64,000 nt of DNA, taken from contig NC_087245.1 of the NCBI RefSeq assembly GCF_037042905.1, positions 25,484,001-25,548,000 on the forward strand. The letters run 5' to 3'. Shown here in pieces: positions 62,594-64,000 of this stretch. A program made the translations under genes and the position numbers. The DNA comes from Lytechinus pictus (lineage: Eukaryota). How positions within the stretch are numbered: the stretch's first letter is position 1; every line of letters begins with the position of its first letter. The notes beneath the pieces were generated by a model that was given only the letters and a program-made list of their open reading frames with translations, was not told where the DNA came from and did not search any database.

Positions 62594-63764
62594 CTGAAAA
62601 GAACAATTAATATGAGAACATCAATTACTGCTTTAGCTAACCAACCACTGAAAAGAACAATTAATATGAGAACACCAATTACTGCTTTAGCTAACCAAGC
62701 ACTGAAAAGAACAATTAATATGAGAACACCAATTATTGCTTTAGCTAACCAACCACTGAAAAGAACAATTAATATGAGAACACCAATTATTGCTTTAGCT
62801 AACCAACCACTGAAAAGAACAATTAATATGAGAACACCAATTACTGCTTTAGCTAACCAACCACTGAAAAGAACAATTAATATGAGAACACCAATTACTG
62901 CTTTAGCTAACCAACCACTGAAAAGAACAATTAATATGAGAACACCAATTACTGCTTTAGCTAACCAACCACTGAAAAGAACAATTAATATGAGAACACC
63001 AATTACTGCTTAAGCTAACCAACCACTGAAAAGAACAATTAATATGAGAACACCAATTACTGCTTTAGCTAACCAACCACTGAAAAGAACAATTAATATG
63101 AGAACACCAATTACTGCTTTAGCTAACCAACCACTGAAAAGAACAATTAAGATGAGAACACCAATTAGCTAACCAACCACTGAAAAGAACAATTAATGTG
63201 AGAACACCAATTACTGCTTTAGCTAACCAACCACTGAAAAGAACAATTACTATGAGAACACCAATTACTGCTTTAGCTAACCAACCACTGAAGAGAACAA
63301 TTAATATGAGAACACCAATTATTGCTTTAGCTAACCAACCACTGAAAAGAACTATTAATATGAGAACACCAATTACTGCTTTAGCTAACCAACCACGGAA
63401 AAGAACAATTAATATGAGAACACCAATTACTGCTTTAGCTAACCAACCACTGAAAAGAACAATTAATATGAGAACACCAATTACTGCTTTAGCTAACCAA
63501 CCACTGAAAAGAACAATTAATATGAGAACACCAATTACTGCTTTAGCTAACCAACGAATGAAAAGAACAATTAATATGAGAACACCAATTACTGCTTTAG
63601 CTAACCAACAAATGAAAAGAACAATTAATATGAGAACACCAATTACTGCTTTAGCTAATCAACCAATGAAAAGAACAATTAATATGAGAACACCAATTAC
63701 TGCTTTAGCTAATCAACCAATGAAAAGAACAATTAATATGAGAACACCAATTACTGCTTTAGCT
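62565..63764. repeat. 54-bp tandem array (~22 copies) built from the CWC22 intron end plus the first 26 nt of the exon
   Basis: Unit on minus strand: gtgttctcatattaattgttcttttcag|tggttggttagctaaagcagtaattg. One copy has an 8-bp deletion near 63166. Confidence 0.97.
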
Positions 63765-64000
63765 CACAAAACAATTCAGTTACCACCAGTTATAAATCCA
63801 CTATGTGGCGATATAACAGCAACCACCCACCCCCCCCCCCCCCATAAATGTTTCAATGTTCAAATATACCCTTTTCCAACTAAAACTAATCAAATGTGGA
63901 TAAAAGGGAATACCATTGGTTAGGGATGGCATCTTTCCTACTATTTCCCTCGAACTCTGGTGAGTGGGATTTGAATTAGAGGGTGATTTCTTGTTTAATA

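Noticed and set aside
62565..63764. CRISPR-like regular array
   Set aside because: Units are head-to-tail with no unique spacers, the context is eukaryotic, and there are no cas genes.
62489..63923. Plus-strand ORFs of repeated [18 protein letters not shown] (174 and 241 aa)
   Set aside because: Antisense read-out of the 54-bp array; broken by a stop and an 8-bp deletion, and the first overlaps a real CWC22 exon on the other strand.

Overview
Eukaryotic, AT-rich, transposon-dense DNA from an invertebrate animal; the repeat styles look sea-urchin/echinoderm-like, but that is inference. The right third holds the last 12 coding exons of CWC22 (pre-mRNA splicing factor, MIF4G + MA3 domains) on the minus strand. 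Its 5' end lies beyond the window and it ends in a very long (~944 aa) R/E/D/S-rich terminal exon. One CWC22 intron carries an intact antisense L2/CR1-type LINE (APE + RT, 1160 aa) nested in a hAT-like element. The ORF's N-terminus has a signal-peptide-like segment, a 2A-like motif (DISPNPGP) and a YxxxxL-phi motif. The 3' splice site of the left-most readable CWC22 exon is itself the unit of a ~22-copy 54-bp tandem array, giving 17 intact AG acceptors in series. Also present: a tRNA-Val(CAC), a candidate 3-exon small membrane-protein gene at the left end, a candidate multi-exon non-coding transcript (~26-37.5 kb, minus), and many non-autonomous DNA transposons (hAT-, Kolobok-, Harbinger-, Tc1-like, foldback), several nested. 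Exon boundaries were read by hand and are frame-consistent; nothing here was checked against databases.
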